Positions 36,230-50,640 of a DNA stretch of 64,000 nucleotides are shown here, piece by piece. Both the position numbers and the translations under genes were made by a program. This stretch comes from Camelus dromedarius. Its lineage: Eukaryota. The stretch spans positions 8,930,001 to 8,994,000 of the forward strand of contig NC_087438.1 in the NCBI RefSeq assembly GCF_036321535.1. Reading direction: 5' to 3'. Below the pieces are notes generated by a model, which made no database searches, had not been told where the DNA came from, and was given only the letters and a program-made list of their open reading frames with translations. Each line of letters opens with the position of its first letter. Within the stretch, counting starts at the first letter, position 1.

Positions 36230-39200
36230 GTAGAAAGAAGAAAGTGAACTCAGTAGGAACCTCATGGCTTGAAGACTGATACTGTGATGAATTCCTTGTG
36301 CTTGACTGGTATCCTCTATGTAACTCAGACTGGGTTCCAGAAAGCTCTGTAAACTGGAACTGCCAATAGTCATATACATACAAAAAAATAAAGAGAATTT
36401 CTCTCTTTGCCCAAAGGACTGTTAAAGGAGAATCCTGGTAAGGTTTAGTGGGGTTGTCCACACCCAGTGGCAGTGGTGGCCCCGTCTGCCCAGTGCATCT
36501 TTGCCAGCAGGGCCTGGGCAGAACAACTTACCTTTTGTGTCATACCCAATGGTAATAGGATGGTCCTTCTCCCTGCAATGGTGATGTCAGTGGAGACAGT
36601 GAGGGCTGCCAGAATGTACATTCTAAACCTGAATAGATTGGCAGCCTGTTAAACAGAAGATTAAGATATGATCAAGGATGCCCTAATATAACAGCCAATA
36701 TGTCCGGAATATATTCAACTATCACTCATCCCACACACCAGGAAAATCTCACCTGAAAGGAGAAAAAGGCAACTTACTCAGTTCTGAGATGAAATACATA
36801 TCAGAATTATTCGGCAAACATTTCAAAGTAGCTATTATAAATAATTATAAATTCCACTAAAGGAAGTAAAACATGGGAAATTCAAAAAATACATGGAAAT
36901 TATATAAAAAAGAACCAAATGAAGCTGATGGAAGACAGAGTGATGAAACTGTGGAAAGATAAGTAGAATTTACTCAACCTGAACAACACAGGGAAAATAA
37001 GAATAAAACTAAAATGAACAAAGCCTCAGGGACATGTGGGATGTTAACAAAAGATCTAACATTTATATCACTAGAATCCCAGAAGGAGAGGAGAAAGAAT
37101 GTGGGAATGAAAAAGTATATGGGGAAATAACAGAGAAAAATTTTTATAATTTTGCCCAAAGACATTGTCCTAAAGGTTCAAGAACCTAGGCAAACCACAA
37201 ATTGGATAAACTCAAATAAATCCCTTCTGAAACACAACAGAATTAAACTTCTGTTAACTAAAGACAAAGAAAAAATCTGAGAAGCTACTGAAATGACATG
37301 ACACCTTATCTATAAGGGGATGATGATTCAAATGACAATAGTTTTCTGACATCATGAAGACCAGAGGAAACAGTACAGTATTTTTCAAGTGCTGAAAAAA
37401 AAAAAAAAACTTTTGATCATAAATTCTATATCTAGCAAAACTATTCACTAGAAATTAATGGGAAAAAGACATTGTCAGATAAAGAAAAATCCAAAGAATT
37501 TGTCACTAGTAGATACTCTCTTAAACATTGTCTGGAGGAAATTCTACAAACACAAAGAAAATGATAATGGAAGAAAAATTGGAATTTCAGAAGGAAAGGA
37601 ACAAGAGAATACTTAAAATTAGAGACAAATATAATAGGTTTTACTTCACATGAATTTCTTACATCATATTAGATGGTTGAAGCAAAAAGTTAAAAAGTTA
37701 TTGTGGTTATAAATGCATATAGAAACAATGCTTAAACAATTACTGGTAAAAACTGTAGAAATTGAAAGGAGCACATAAAGTTTCAACACTTCACCTGCAG
37801 TGGTGAAATGTTGCCATCAGTAGACTGTGCCAAGTTACTTTTTTGTACTACTGCCAGTAAATACAAAGAAAATTACACAAAATGATATACTCAAAAACAG
37901 TATAAATAGAGTAAAATAGAATCTTAAAAAATGTTCCAGTAATCCATAGGAAGGCAAAAAGGGAAATAAACAAAATAAATTTTAAAGTGAAAGACTTAAC
38001 TCTGTAACATGTCAATGACTACCTTAAATGTAAATGTTGTAAATACATCAATTAAAAGAAAGAGACTGGGAGAGTGGATGCTGAAACTTGACTCAACTGT
38101 GTACTATCTATAACAAACTCACTTCAAACACAATGATATTGATAAGCTAAAAGTAAAATGACAGAAAAGGATATTTTAGGTTAGAATTAATTAAAAGTGA
38201 ACAAGACAGAAAAGTTGTATGAATGTCAGATAAAGATGACTTCAAAGAAAATAACTCGGACAAAGGGAAATTACATATTGATAAAAAGTTCAATCTTCCA
38301 AGAAGATACAGTGATCTAAATCTGTAGGCGCAAAACAACACAGCTTAAAAATGTAGGGGAAAACCAATATTAGTGAAAGTAGCAATGGAAAAATTCATGT
38401 TTATTGTGGGGGCTATTGTCATCCTTCTCTTAGCAACTAATTTAACTATTGGACAAACAATCAGCAAAGATAGATAAGATCTGACTAGTGCAACAGAAAA
38501 GACCTGTGAAGAGTACCTAGGAGATGTGTATGGGCCACTTCACCCCAAGCTACAGAATATACGTACCTGTCATGCACACATGACAAAGCTACCGTGATAA
38601 GACCATAACCTGGGTCACACAAACATAACAAAACAAACAAACAAAAAACTCCCCCAAACCCTACAGCTAACATCATATTTAATGGGAAAAGATGGAATAC
38701 TTGCCAGAAACAAGGCAAGGATGTCCCTTCTCACTATTCCTTTTTTACATTGTACTAGAATTCCTAACTAGTGGAATAAGAGAAAAAAAAAATTGTTTAA
38801 GGTCAGGTTGGAAATAATGTAACCAAACTGCACCATTTTACTGATTACATGACTGTCCATATGGGAAGATCCCAAAAATCTGCCTCTTGAACTCATAATT
38901 GAGTTCAATATGGTCACACAATACAGGATCAGTAGACAAAAGTTAATCACATTCTGTATGTTAACATTAACCTTGTAGAGATGAAACTTAAAAATACTTA
39001 ATGCCATTTACATTTGCTTCAAATAAAATGAACCACATAGGTAAAAATGCATTGAATAACTTTATGTTGCATATTATATTATACTGATCTAATAAATCAA
39101 AGAACATATAAGTGGAAAGCTATACCATTTTCATGGGTTGGAGGACTCAGCATGAGAAAGATGTCAATTGTCTCCAAATTGATCCATAGGTTTAAGGCAA

Positions 39201-39540
39201 TCCTTTATCAAAATTCCAGCAAGGTCTTTGTAGATCTAGTCATGGTTATTCTAAAATTTATGTCAAAAGGCACAAGCCCTAAAATAACTAAATCATCTTA
39301 ATAATTAAGTGAGGACTCAGTCTACCCATTATTAAGGCCTATTATCCATTATATTAATCAAGACAGTGTAGCGCTGGCCAAGGGTTAGACCTATAAATCA
39401 ACGGGAAAAAACAGAAATCTTACAAATACACTCACATAAAATATGCCAAGCTGAATTTTGACAAAGATGAAAAAGCAATCTGATGGAAAAAAAGATAGGG
39501 TTTTAGCAAATGGTGCTGGAGCAATTGAATACCTACAGGT

Positions 39541-39571
<31 letters not shown>

Positions 39572-40375
39572 CAGTGAAACTTGAGACTTCACATCTGACA
39601 CAAAAATGAATTCAAAACAGATTACAGATGTAAAAACAAAATATAAAACTGTAAAATTTTTAGATTAAAAAAAAACACAAGGAAAGTCTAGGCAAAGATT
39701 CCTTAGATTTGACAACAAAAGCGTGTTCCATGAAGGGAAATTTGACATACCGGATTTCATCAAAACTGGAAGTGTTGGCTTTGTGAAGAGGATGAAAATA
39801 TGAACTATAGACTTGGAGAAAATATTTGTAAAATGCTCATGTGGCAGAAGATGAATATCTAGCATCTATAAAGAATTGTCTAAACTTAAGAGTAAAAAGG
39901 AAACAATCCAATTAGAAAATGTCAAATGACATAAACAGACATTTCTCTGAAGAGGATGTAGAGACAGCCACATGGTCAGCAACGCAGCTGCTAGAGAACT
40001 GAAAATAAACCTACAGCGATACAGCACCACACATTTATTAGAGTGACCAAAATTTTAAAAACATGTTAAGAACACCAAAAGTAGTGAAGATGCAGAGAAA
40101 CTTCACAGAGTGCTGATGGGAAAAAAAAAATCTAAATCCAAAATTTTACATCCCATATGGATCCAATTATGTAAAAAATTATATGTGTATCAGATTCACG
40201 GCTGCCAGGGACTAAGGAGAGGGTGAGGGGGGAGGGAATGAGTGGTCACGGAAGGGCAATATGAGTGATGCTCTTGAACTTATGCTTCTGCATGGGAATG
40301 TGCATGTTAACAATGCATAGTACTGATTGGTGTTCTTTTCAACTTTATGTAAATAAAAACATACTATAAAGTAGC
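36230..40375 (+). mobile_element. Long decayed L1 (L1MC/MD-like): 5' region, ORF1, endonuclease, internal deletion, ORF2 3' half and 3' end
   Basis: ORF1-like at about 36800-37600 (agcctcagggacatgtggga, aattctatatctagcaaaacta), EN start at about 38010 (ttaaatgtaaatg..caattaaaaga), jump at about 38650 to ORF2 RT (cctacagctaacatcatatttaatgg), 3' UTR near 40150-40375. Confidence 0.88.
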
Positions 40376-43300
40376 CTTCATTTTCAGTTTTGTTAAACAT
40401 TACATTGGATTATATTCATGAATTTACTCGTATGGTATTCAATTATATATTAATTCAATTATGTAGATACACGATATATCTGTTTAGTTTGTTGCTGAAT
40501 TCTTCAATATTACAAATGTAATAATGTGTAATGCAAAATCTGAACTTTATCCATGCAGAGGGCAAGTCTTCCTCTCAAGGTGTCGAAAATTACAGTTAGG
40601 GGATTTTAGTTGGTTTTACATAATGCCCATGACCGTTTTAGCTCCAGAATATTCAGTATGAATCATGTATCTGTGATTGTAATCCTTGAGCATCCTTTAT
40701 ATCTACTATGCTGCAGAACACTGACAGCTCACAAATTTATTCAACAGGAACGTGGTGACTGGCTCCTGTGCGTCAACATCTAAAATGGAATTTCATTTAA
40801 AAGTGCAGAAGTATGATACTTTGATTTCAGAGTCAGTCAGGGTAGAACCAGGTCCGCTGAATTGCCAGAATGTAATATTGCAGTTGTTGAAGCCCATGGT
40901 ACAGGAGAGCAGATTTAATCATTTCTGGTGAGCTCAGTCTTTCTCGAGAGGCCAACATGAAGGAAATAACCACTCACTCCAGGGAAGAGATAGCTATTGA
41001 GCTACAGAACGCAGAGAATGATTCTTATGAAAGTGTGTATCATGTTAAATACAGCTCCGGCTTTAAACAATCCTGAGATTGGAAAGAGGATTGAAGAAGT
41101 CACAATCTTGACTACATTCTCTGGTATGATTAGGTAAGCTGAGGGTGAGTTAACGTCATTTAATCGTAGCCCTTATGAATCATGTGTGATGTACAGGAAG
41201 GGACTCCCTGTCCTGTCATTTCCATCTTACCCAGGGAGGAAAGCTAATTTAAAAGTAAGGAAGAGAGATTCCCCTTGTTGTGAAAAACCTGATATGGATC
41301 AGAACTGGAAACCCACTCTCTTTTGTTAAAGGGGTACTTGCTTTCTCAAGGGAAAGTATATATTTATCCCTGGAATATCAAACTTTTCATAGGATATTAA
41401 GGTTGTGAGATTAGAGGTCAATGAAATCTCAAGTCCAGTATTATGTGTTCAAATTAAATTTAGCCAGAATGTTTTTTCAGTCCTGGAAACAATTAGTTAT
41501 CACTTTCTCAATGTAGAATTTATCTTTAGTAGTATCCTCAGATGTTTGAAGGCCCAGGAACAAAACAATACAAAACAAAACAAACTTACCAAATATTCGT
41601 ATCTTCCTTCATGTGGCAGCTGAAAAATCAAACTTTAACACATCTAATAAACTCTTCTCCATAAGTAAAATTAAAGTTCCCAAACTAGTTTTCATAGAAC
41701 ATCTATGAGAATCTAGTAGCCATGCTAGATTTAGCCATTGTTAAAACACTTTTTAGAAATAATGTTGCAAAAGACAGGTCAGGATTTGATATGTTATCGT
41801 AACAAACAAATCCAGACACTTGCTTGCTTAACATCTACAAGTTCATTCTCATGTAGACAAATTCCCCACTGGGTACAAAGTTCCTTCCCAATTGATGAAT
41901 CAGGCTGATTCTGTCTTGGACCCACCATTTAAAGATTTGGCATTCAGGGTTAGAGAGAACTGGAGTGATGTGCGCAGCACTGAAATATTTCAGCCTGGAA
42001 GTAACATGTGGCACCACTGTCAGTAGCTTAGGCTACAGTTAGTCACTTGCTATAGCCTCCCATTAAATGTGAATGTTAACAACTCTTAGTGGGCATATCT
42101 GTGAATTAAAAAGACAAGACATATCCCATAAAAACACACGCATGCAAGCGTGCAAGAATGTTGCAAATGGGATAGGTAACCAATTACACTCTTTTTGAAC
42201 AGAAGAAATAAGGAAAACAGTTAAGTTTCTTGATCACCTATTTAGAAATCTCACAGGGCAGAGAGTTGGAAAGCTTTGTATCCTGAGGGCACTTAGCCCT
42301 AGTTATAATTTGCAATGACTAATGCCTTTGTCTTGTTCTCTCTTCCTTCTGGCAGAGTGTTTTGCTCTGGGAGTTCCTTTTTTCCTCCTCATTATTTCCC
42401 TTGGTCAAAAATTTTGTGGCTATTGGTGAAGACGCACAAATTTCTCAGCACTCTTGATACTGGAGTAAAGTAGGGTTACATTTTTGCTTTGATTCTTGAG
42501 CGGCCAAAGTCATCTTAAGGTTTTATGGGCAACGCATTTCTGTCAAATGAACAGTAGACTTCTTATTTATTTGACTCTGCCAAATTCCATACACCAGAAA
42601 ATAAATCAAAACTTTTTAGATAAAGCTACCCTTTTTATTTCTTTGTCTTGTCATTCCTTTTCTTTTCCCCATATCATCATGTTGGCTATTTTCTGACTAT
42701 ATTGAATAAGAACGAGAAGGTCTATCTTTAATCTGATCCTTACTCTGAGTTATTTTATTCACCATAGAGGTTCTGATAAAACTATCACATTCTTAATCTG
42801 ACTTTTTGTCCAATTTCAATCAAATGAAATATTTTATTGTGTTTTTATCACTCTAAAAATTTTAAAATGCCATCTCTAGTTATTTGGGACCAAGAACAGT
42901 CAGGGTTTGCTTCTTGCAAAACCCTGAAATTCTATTTTATGTCTTATACATGACATATATTGTACACCTTTTTAAGTCAGGTGTGGTAGTGGCTATCCTT
43001 TAGTGCAGAACCAGTCAACTACGACTAGGGATGTAATAAAAAGGTTTCTGTCACTATGTGACTAAGAAGGGTGAAACTAAAGGTCCTTTAGAAAGTCAGT
43101 ATTTGCTATTAGAATATGTTTGAATATTTATGCCAGAAAAATTCAGAATTTTAGTTTTATGATGAAATATACACTTTAAAATTTAAAATAATTCAAAATT
43201 AAACTTAAAACTTTTATTTGAGGAATAGACTCACAGGCAAAAGAAACTCTTCTCTTCTGAATATAGCTCAGTTTCTTTTTTTTGTATTTATTAGTATTTA

Positions 43301-44436
43301 CACTGCCTTAGTGATGTGGCCCCTCAGAGGAAAACACTTTCCCTCTCTCACACTCACTCACAGAAACTAATGTGTTCAATCTCCTCACCTCTAACCCTCC
43401 ACCCTCGTCTTGCTATAAAAGAAGATTGATAAGCAACACCTGGGATCTTTACTTTTTCATATACTAGAGCATTGAAACATATTCAGTGAAACGAATATAT
43501 TTTTCTGTTCCCGAAACTGTATAGAAACTAAAATTGCAGAGTTACATTTATCAATTACAGTGGATTTAATAGCTCAGATCTATATACTTCAAAAGAAGCC
43601 AAGTTGTCAAGAGGTATCCATTCTTATATGTATTTGGCTTTTTTATTTTTGAACTGATTTATCAGTAATAACATTGCCAATTACCATTATTTTTTGATTC
43701 AGATTTTTAGCAGATAAATTATATACATAATGTAAATACTTACATCATTCTCAGTAAAAAATATTTTTAATATATTTTTTTAAAAAACTGGGTGATAAAT
43801 AATTGACTGAATGATATTTAGCTTGATTTTCCCTCAAATTCAGCAAAGGGAATTAGTGTCCCCGGGGTTTTCTCCAGCTTAACCTTTCTGCGCTGGTTAC
43901 ACATCGGAATGGAAAAGGGACCAGATAATTCTGCCATAGTCTTAAGATTCTTGTCACTATGTGACCTCTCTGTAAACATGTTGGATGGAGATTCAAGAGA
44001 CTGTTGATTCGGCTAATACAAGTTCTATAGCAGCAGACCTCTGAATATGATTTTGGTCAATAGAGTTTAATTGCCTGTATTTAAAGTATTAGTGATTGAT
44101 TTACTAACATGTATTCAGATCTCCCCTGGCCAGGAACATGCTGAATCAAAACAGATTGACGGGGACCAGATGACACAAATGAGCAAACTTTGAGCAATAC
44201 TGAAATGCAATATTGTGGCAACATGGCTGTAAAATTTTTCCCTATGCATTTAAAAATATTTCAACATAAAAATAATTTGAGATGCTCTGGGGAGAGAAAA
44301 TTATATACATCAGAACATATAATATGGTAGAGTTTGACTTTCTTTTTAATAACAATGCATAAAGAGAAAAAAATTTTAATTTTGTCAATAATTTGACAAA
44401 TTCTCTAACTTTATTAGGAACTTCAGATTGAATTCC

Positions 44437-44806
44437 TAGATTGAATTATGTCCCTATCAAAATCCATATGTTAAGCCCTATCTCCCAGTACCTTTGAATG
44501 TGACTGTGTTTGGAAATAGAGTCTTCAAAGTGGCATTTACGGTTAAGTGAGGGTCTTATTCCAGCATGACTGGTGTCTTTATAAGAAGAGAAAGAGACAC
44601 CAGGGATGGGAGAGTGCAGAAGAAAAACCTTGAGAGGAAACAGCAAGGAGGCAGCCACCTGCAGACCAAAAGAAGCCTCGGGAGCCACCAATCCTACTGG
44701 CATCTTGGACTTCCAGTCTCCAGAATTGTGGGGAAAAAATAATCTGTTCTTTAAAACACCCAATCTGTGGTATTTCCTTATGGCAGCTCTAGCGAACTAG
44801 TACTAC
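44437..44806 (+). mobile_element. MaLR LTR (MLT1A/B-like)
   Basis: ttgaattatgtccc..gaatgtgactgtgtttggaaatagagtctt..ggacttccagtctccagaattgtg..atggcagctctagcgaactagtac. Confidence 0.88.
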
Positions 44807-47800
44807 AGAGGGCCTTATATTTCCCTAAAATTTCTAACAATTAACTTTATTTTAAAGTTCATTTACTATATACAGACATGTCTTTAGAATGTCAGGGTTT
44901 CCATGAACTTTTAATTCTTTCCACAAAATATGTGTCTTTTTAAATTATAGTATATTTTTATTTCTTAAATGAGGTAATGATTTTTTTTTATTACGTCAAA
45001 GGCAGTTTCCAACTTCCAGAGCTGGTTATATAGAGCAAAACAGTGAGTCATACTTTTATGTATGAAAAATATCTTGTCAGTATCCTTCTCCAAGGTGACC
45101 TTCAGGTTTCTTAATAAAGGGGAGGATTTCAATTCTCCTCTCTGTTGTGCTTCATAGATTTCAATTAGGTAGAATAGCGGCTTTGACAGAAATACTGGCA
45201 TTTGTTTATTTTTGGTGAACACGAGTGTGATTTTTAATAACTGGCTTGTTCAATGTTTGAATGTTAGATGGTCTTGCCATCATCATTATGAAGAAGAGTA
45301 CTTGTGATGAAGACACTCAAATGTAGAAGTGGTTTATATTTTGCATCCCTTCCCAAGGAGAACTCACAGAAAAATGGCACAGTTACAAAGCATTAATAGA
45401 GAGAATTGATTTTTTTAAAGGTTTGTATTTGATCAGCTGCCAAATATTTCCTTGCCAGAAAGTGAAAACTAGTTAAGGTTGCCTATTAGAGTTTTAATTA
45501 TAAACCTTCCTAATGTTCAATACATTGAAATTATTTAAAAGTATATTTATTATTATCTTTGCAAATAACATTAAATGCTTTTATATATATTTATATAGTA
45601 TACCATGTAATAAAATGTTCTTTATGTATATAAGAAATGAACTGTTGTACAAGTTACACATGTATTTCCTGTCAATGTTGTTTATTTGGTGTATATGAAA
45701 AAACAGAAGAAATCATAGGAATTCTTACAAAATATCTTGTCGAATTTCATTTTACATATGAAAGTAATTTATTAAACATTTTTTTCTATAAAATTATTTA
45801 CTCATTGGTCCATGACACCTGCAATGATACAGAAATAAAACTCTATTTAAGGATATTTCAACTAAAATTTATTAATATCACTTATATAATACATTCAAAA
45901 TAACTTTCTTTTAACTGTAAATCAAAGTGAATAATATTCCTTCATTAGTACTCCAAATATTTCTTCATTCTTTCATACCAAGTAAGTTCTTATCATTTTC
46001 CTTTTAGGTAAATTCAGCATTAATATAAAAGTGTCTAAAATTTGAAAGCAAACATGAGAGAAGCAGTTGGTGATGGCAATATGTTTTGTTGGTTGCCCTC
46101 ATTAGTGTGACTCAGATGTCAGCTGAGATGTGTCCATCCCTTAATATATGGCCATTTTTGCATCTTTGTTTTACAGAATATACAATACCATCAAGATCTG
46201 ATAGTTTCCTTGAGGCGTGTATTTTCATTGCCTTAGTGGCCTCAACTTCCGCCTTCAGGATTTTCTGGTTCTTTTAGCTGTTTCTTGGCTGTCTTGACTT
46301 TTTAAAAGTATGCTATTAACATCTCACCTCTTTGGCTTATCAAGTTATTCCTTTAAGAAGAGAAGATTCCTACCCTAAGAGAATTTCTTAAGTTGCTTTT
46401 AAGACTCAATGGTCTGTCATTCAACTGCATCAAATTTAATACTCCATTTTCAGCTTAAAATAGACTAATAGGTTTTCTGCCTCTTCTCCTTTTCACATAC
46501 TGATTTATATATCCTTTTCTAGTTTACATATACATATGGGTTTCACATGTCATTTATCCTAACCTCAACCTTATCTTAGCTACATTACCACAAACCTCAT
46601 ACTCAAGCTGCTGTCCATGAGTGTGCTATTTTTTTTTCTTTTTGATAATGAATTTTTTTAGAGAGTTTCTGAATAAAGATGGGTCTTTTCATGATTTTGT
46701 TGTTGGGAGCACTTGTACCAATTTATTCCTCTAGGAAACTGCAACTATCAAATTTTCTTCCACTTGGTGAGACAAAAGGGAATTTCAGGCTAATCATAGC
46801 AGGCTTGTTTTGGTGTAATAATGATGATAATTATAATAACATCTTCCTTTTATATATATGAGGAAGTATTTTCTGATAAAAATTATTTAAAATAATTTTA
46901 ATGATCATTCTTAGTATCTTTGTCAGAGGTTTAAATACTATACACTGATTACTGTAGAAATGGAATATTCTCTAGTTATTTTTTGCATTATTAAAATGTA
47001 ATTTCTTTCAAATTCAAGTATTACATCTACACGTGTTTCACATTTGTATTTCTAACTTAAGTAGCTACATTTTATTAAAATTAGATGTATTCACACTGAT
47101 GGTTATCTTTGAAGAAAAGAATCTACTTTTAATAACTATGTTCTCATTTATTTTGATTTATTTTATTCTAAAAAAGCTTTTTATTATATACTCAATAAAA
47201 CATAAGCTATTAAAAATAAAAATTACCTTTTCAGAAAATAAAGAGTTAGTTTTATTTGTTTACATTTTTTCTTACTAAAGAAGTACATGATTTCGTCACA
47301 CTAAGTAATTTACATCTATGGATTTCAAAAAACCTGTCAGATTTATATTGCTCTAAAATTATAATGTAAAGAGGATTTTCTATCAGTGCTTTGAAAATGC
47401 CATAAATATTTTTTATTTCTTTAAAGTTCTAAGTGATGTTATGTAGAATGCAAACTCAGTCTAAGACCAGAAACATCATATTTTCTAGCCACATTGTCCT
47501 AAATAATCAAGAATTGTATGATAATTTGAATCACATGATGCAATACCAAATAGAAATTTGAGTAAAGCCAGCAAGTAGTTAGAAAATAACTAATGGAGAA
47601 TGAGCACTGTGCTGAACTTGAATTAACAAAGAGTAGACTAGATTCTTAATATAAAGAATTAATAATCTGGGAGTTGTGCATATATTCAATTAATTATTTA
47701 GAAGATACATATATGTAAATCAATGCTATATGTCATTGTGTATCGATATATAATGATATTATGTGTAAATATCAATAAAAATCAATACAATTTCTTGCTT

Positions 47801-47833
47801 TTAAATTTAACAGAGGTAAAAATAATGATCTCT

Positions 47834-49254
47834 AAATTTTTTATTGAAATATAGTTGATTTACAATGTTGTATTAGTTTCAGGTAAACAACAATGTGACT
47901 TGACATTTTTATAGATTAGACTCCTCTTAAAGTTATTATAAAATATTGGTTATATTTCCAGTGCTGTACATTACATTTTTGTATCTTATTTATTTTATAC
48001 CTAGTAGTTTGTACCTCTTAATTGCCTTCCTCTATCTTGCCCCTCCCTCCATCTCTCTCCTCTCTGGTCACCACTAGTTGGTTCTCTGTATCTATGAGTC
48101 TGTTTCTGATTTTTTATATTCACTCTTTTATTTTTTAGATCCACATATCAGTGAAAACATACAGTATTTGTCTTTCTCTGATTTACTTCACTAAACCTAA
48201 TACCTTCCGGCTCCATCCTTGTTGCAAATGGCAAAATTTATCCCTTTTTTATAGCTGAGTAATATTCTATTCTATATATTATATATATGCACCATATCTT
48301 TTTTATCCATTCATCTGTCGATGGACATTTAGGTTGCTTCCATGTCATGGCTATTGTGAATGATGCTGCTATGAACACTGGAGTGCATATATCTTTTCAA
48401 ATTAGTGTTTTCATTTTCTTTGCATATATACCCCAGAGTGAAATTGCTGGATCATATGGTAAGTCTATTTTTTATTTTTTGTGAAATTTTCATACAGTTT
48501 CCATCATTGCTCTACCAACTTACCTTCTCACCAACAGTGTACTAGGTTCCCTTTTCTCTGCATACTTGCCAGCATTTGTTATTTGTTGTTTTTTTGATGA
48601 TAAGTTATTCTGGCAGGCCTGAGGTGATATCTCATTGTGGTTTTGATTTACATTTCTCTGATGATTAGTGATGTCGAGCGCCTTTTTATGTGCCTGTTGG
48701 CCATCTGTATGTCTTCTTTGGAAAAATGTCAATGTAGGTCTTCTGCTCATTTTTCCATCTGGTTGATTTTTTTTTTTTTGTATTGTCTTACATGAGCTCT
48801 CTATATATTTTGAATATTAACCTGTTATCAGACATACCACTTGTAAATATCACAATAGAAAGCTTAGAAATAAACCCATACACATATGATCAATCAATCT
48901 ATGACAAAGAGGGCAAGAATATACAATAAGGAAAAGAGAGCCTCTTTAATAAATGTTGGTAGGAAAACTGGACAGCTGCATAAAAAATGAAATTAGAACA
49001 TTCACTAACAGCATACACCAAAATAAATTCAAAATGAATAAAGACCTAAATGTAAGACCAGAAACCATAAAACATAGGCAGTACATTCTTTGACACAAAT
49101 TTTAGCAAATTTTTTTGGATCGGTCTCCTAAGGCAAGGGAAACAAAAACAAAAAGCAAACAAGTGGGACTTATTTAAACTTAAAAGCTTTTACCAGCAAA
49201 GGAAACCATCAGCAAAATGAAAAGAGACCTACTGAATGGGAAAAGATGTTTGCA
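47834..49254 (-). mobile_element. Artiodactyl-type L1 with 5' inversion (antisense 47834-48851, inverted piece 48852-49254)
   Basis: L1 3' end on the minus strand, abrupt switch to sense ORF2 text at about 48852, TSD aatgatctct / aatgacctct (47824-47833 / 49255-49264). Confidence 0.9.
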
Positions 49255-49629
49255 AATGACCTCTTGTGTAAACGTCAAGAAATAGGGTAAGTAGAACAGA
49301 ATAGTGCTCATAAAATAGTAATTATGTTTTTAAAATTTCAGTGTAATTATGGGCAACTATATCACAGTTGATCAGCTAACTTTGTGTTTAGAACCATGCT
49401 TTGGTCATATAACAGCCAAGTTGGGACACTGAGTATGTTTTGAAAGAGAGTAGAAATAAGAGGGGTAAGAAGGAAAGACAGCAGAGACTAGAAAGGAAAG
49501 ATGGAGGCAGGAGCACAGGATGAGAAGAAAGTAATCAAACCAAAGTCTGTATCAGTGAGGAAGTTAAAACAAAGATGACGGTGACTAAGGGAAAAGATGG
49601 TTCACAAAAACCTTAAGATGGGAACATGG

Positions 49630-50640
49630 CAGGGCCTATGATTTAGATATCTGATGTCTTTCCAGATCCATTCACCACCTTATAGGGCCTTCTCTACCAT
49701 CCTGTCTGCCCTGGGAGAATGACCTCTACAGACTGTCCAGTGGAGCGGTGTCAAAGAGGCACTAACATGAGATTAAAAAGTAAGAAGAGAAAATCATCAG
49801 GGAATAACTCCTTGCTTTTTCCTCGCTTGTCTGTGGTTTGGAAGTTCCTGTGTTTCTCCACTGATGGCCTAGGCTGCAGAGTTAAAAGAATAAGTGGTTT
49901 CTAATAGCATAGCTCTCTCTGTAATCAACAGCAGGCCTAGGCTCTCAATGACTCCCTATTCTGCTAGTTTCTGAAAGCTGTATCATTCCCTCTTAATTTC
50001 CTTGATCTTGCCTATATTTTATCAACAATCCCTTTATTAATTTTTTAAATTGCTTTTTTCGATGTGCCATCTGGTTGGAGAGAGAGAGAGAGAGAGAGAG
50101 ATAGAAAGACAGATAGACACATACATACATACCAAAATTAATACGGCTATTGGTACTAGAATGGCCCTAAGGAGAAAACTCAATTAGATTATGGGTTAGG
50201 GATGTTTATTTAATAAATCTGTAGAACACCTCCATGCTGAAAGACACTGGGAATTAATAAAAAGTGGCATAGAGCGTTGGGTCAAAATTACTCCATTATC
50301 ACTAATGGTGCCAGGGATGGAGTGCACGTGAAGGTAGGCATTGGGAGACAGGTGTAGCTGACACTCTTGGCTGTGGTGAGAAGGTTGATGACTGTGTTGT
50401 AAACTGACTGTTGTTGCTTGAACTAGAAGGTATACTGAAAAGCAATGGTGAGAGAAAGCTTTCAATTTTTAACTCAAAACACAGGTAGACCTCCAGCAGG
50501 CTACATTTATGGCAGATACAGCCACGGGGCACACATGGCTGAAGACTGATGTCAAGGACAATTGTAAGTGTTGCAGCGTTGCAAGACAAATAAATACTCA
50601 GTAAGGCACGTGTTGAGAAGAAATGGAGGACCTCCCATGA
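49630..50640 (+). mobile_element. ERVL LTR (LTR16/LTR33-like) followed by the start of an ERVL internal region
   Basis: LTR-like 3' end (ccctttattaa..tgtgccatctg), microsatellite, then attggtactagaatgg (ERVL internal start motif). Confidence 0.55.
50077..50132 (+). repeat. Compound microsatellite (GA)n-(GAYA)n-(CATA)n
   Basis: Visible in the sequence. Confidence 0.9.

Noticed and set aside
44965..45222. 85-aa minus-strand ORF with protein-like composition
   Set aside because: No recognisable homology, non-ATG start and no convincing pair of splice sites.
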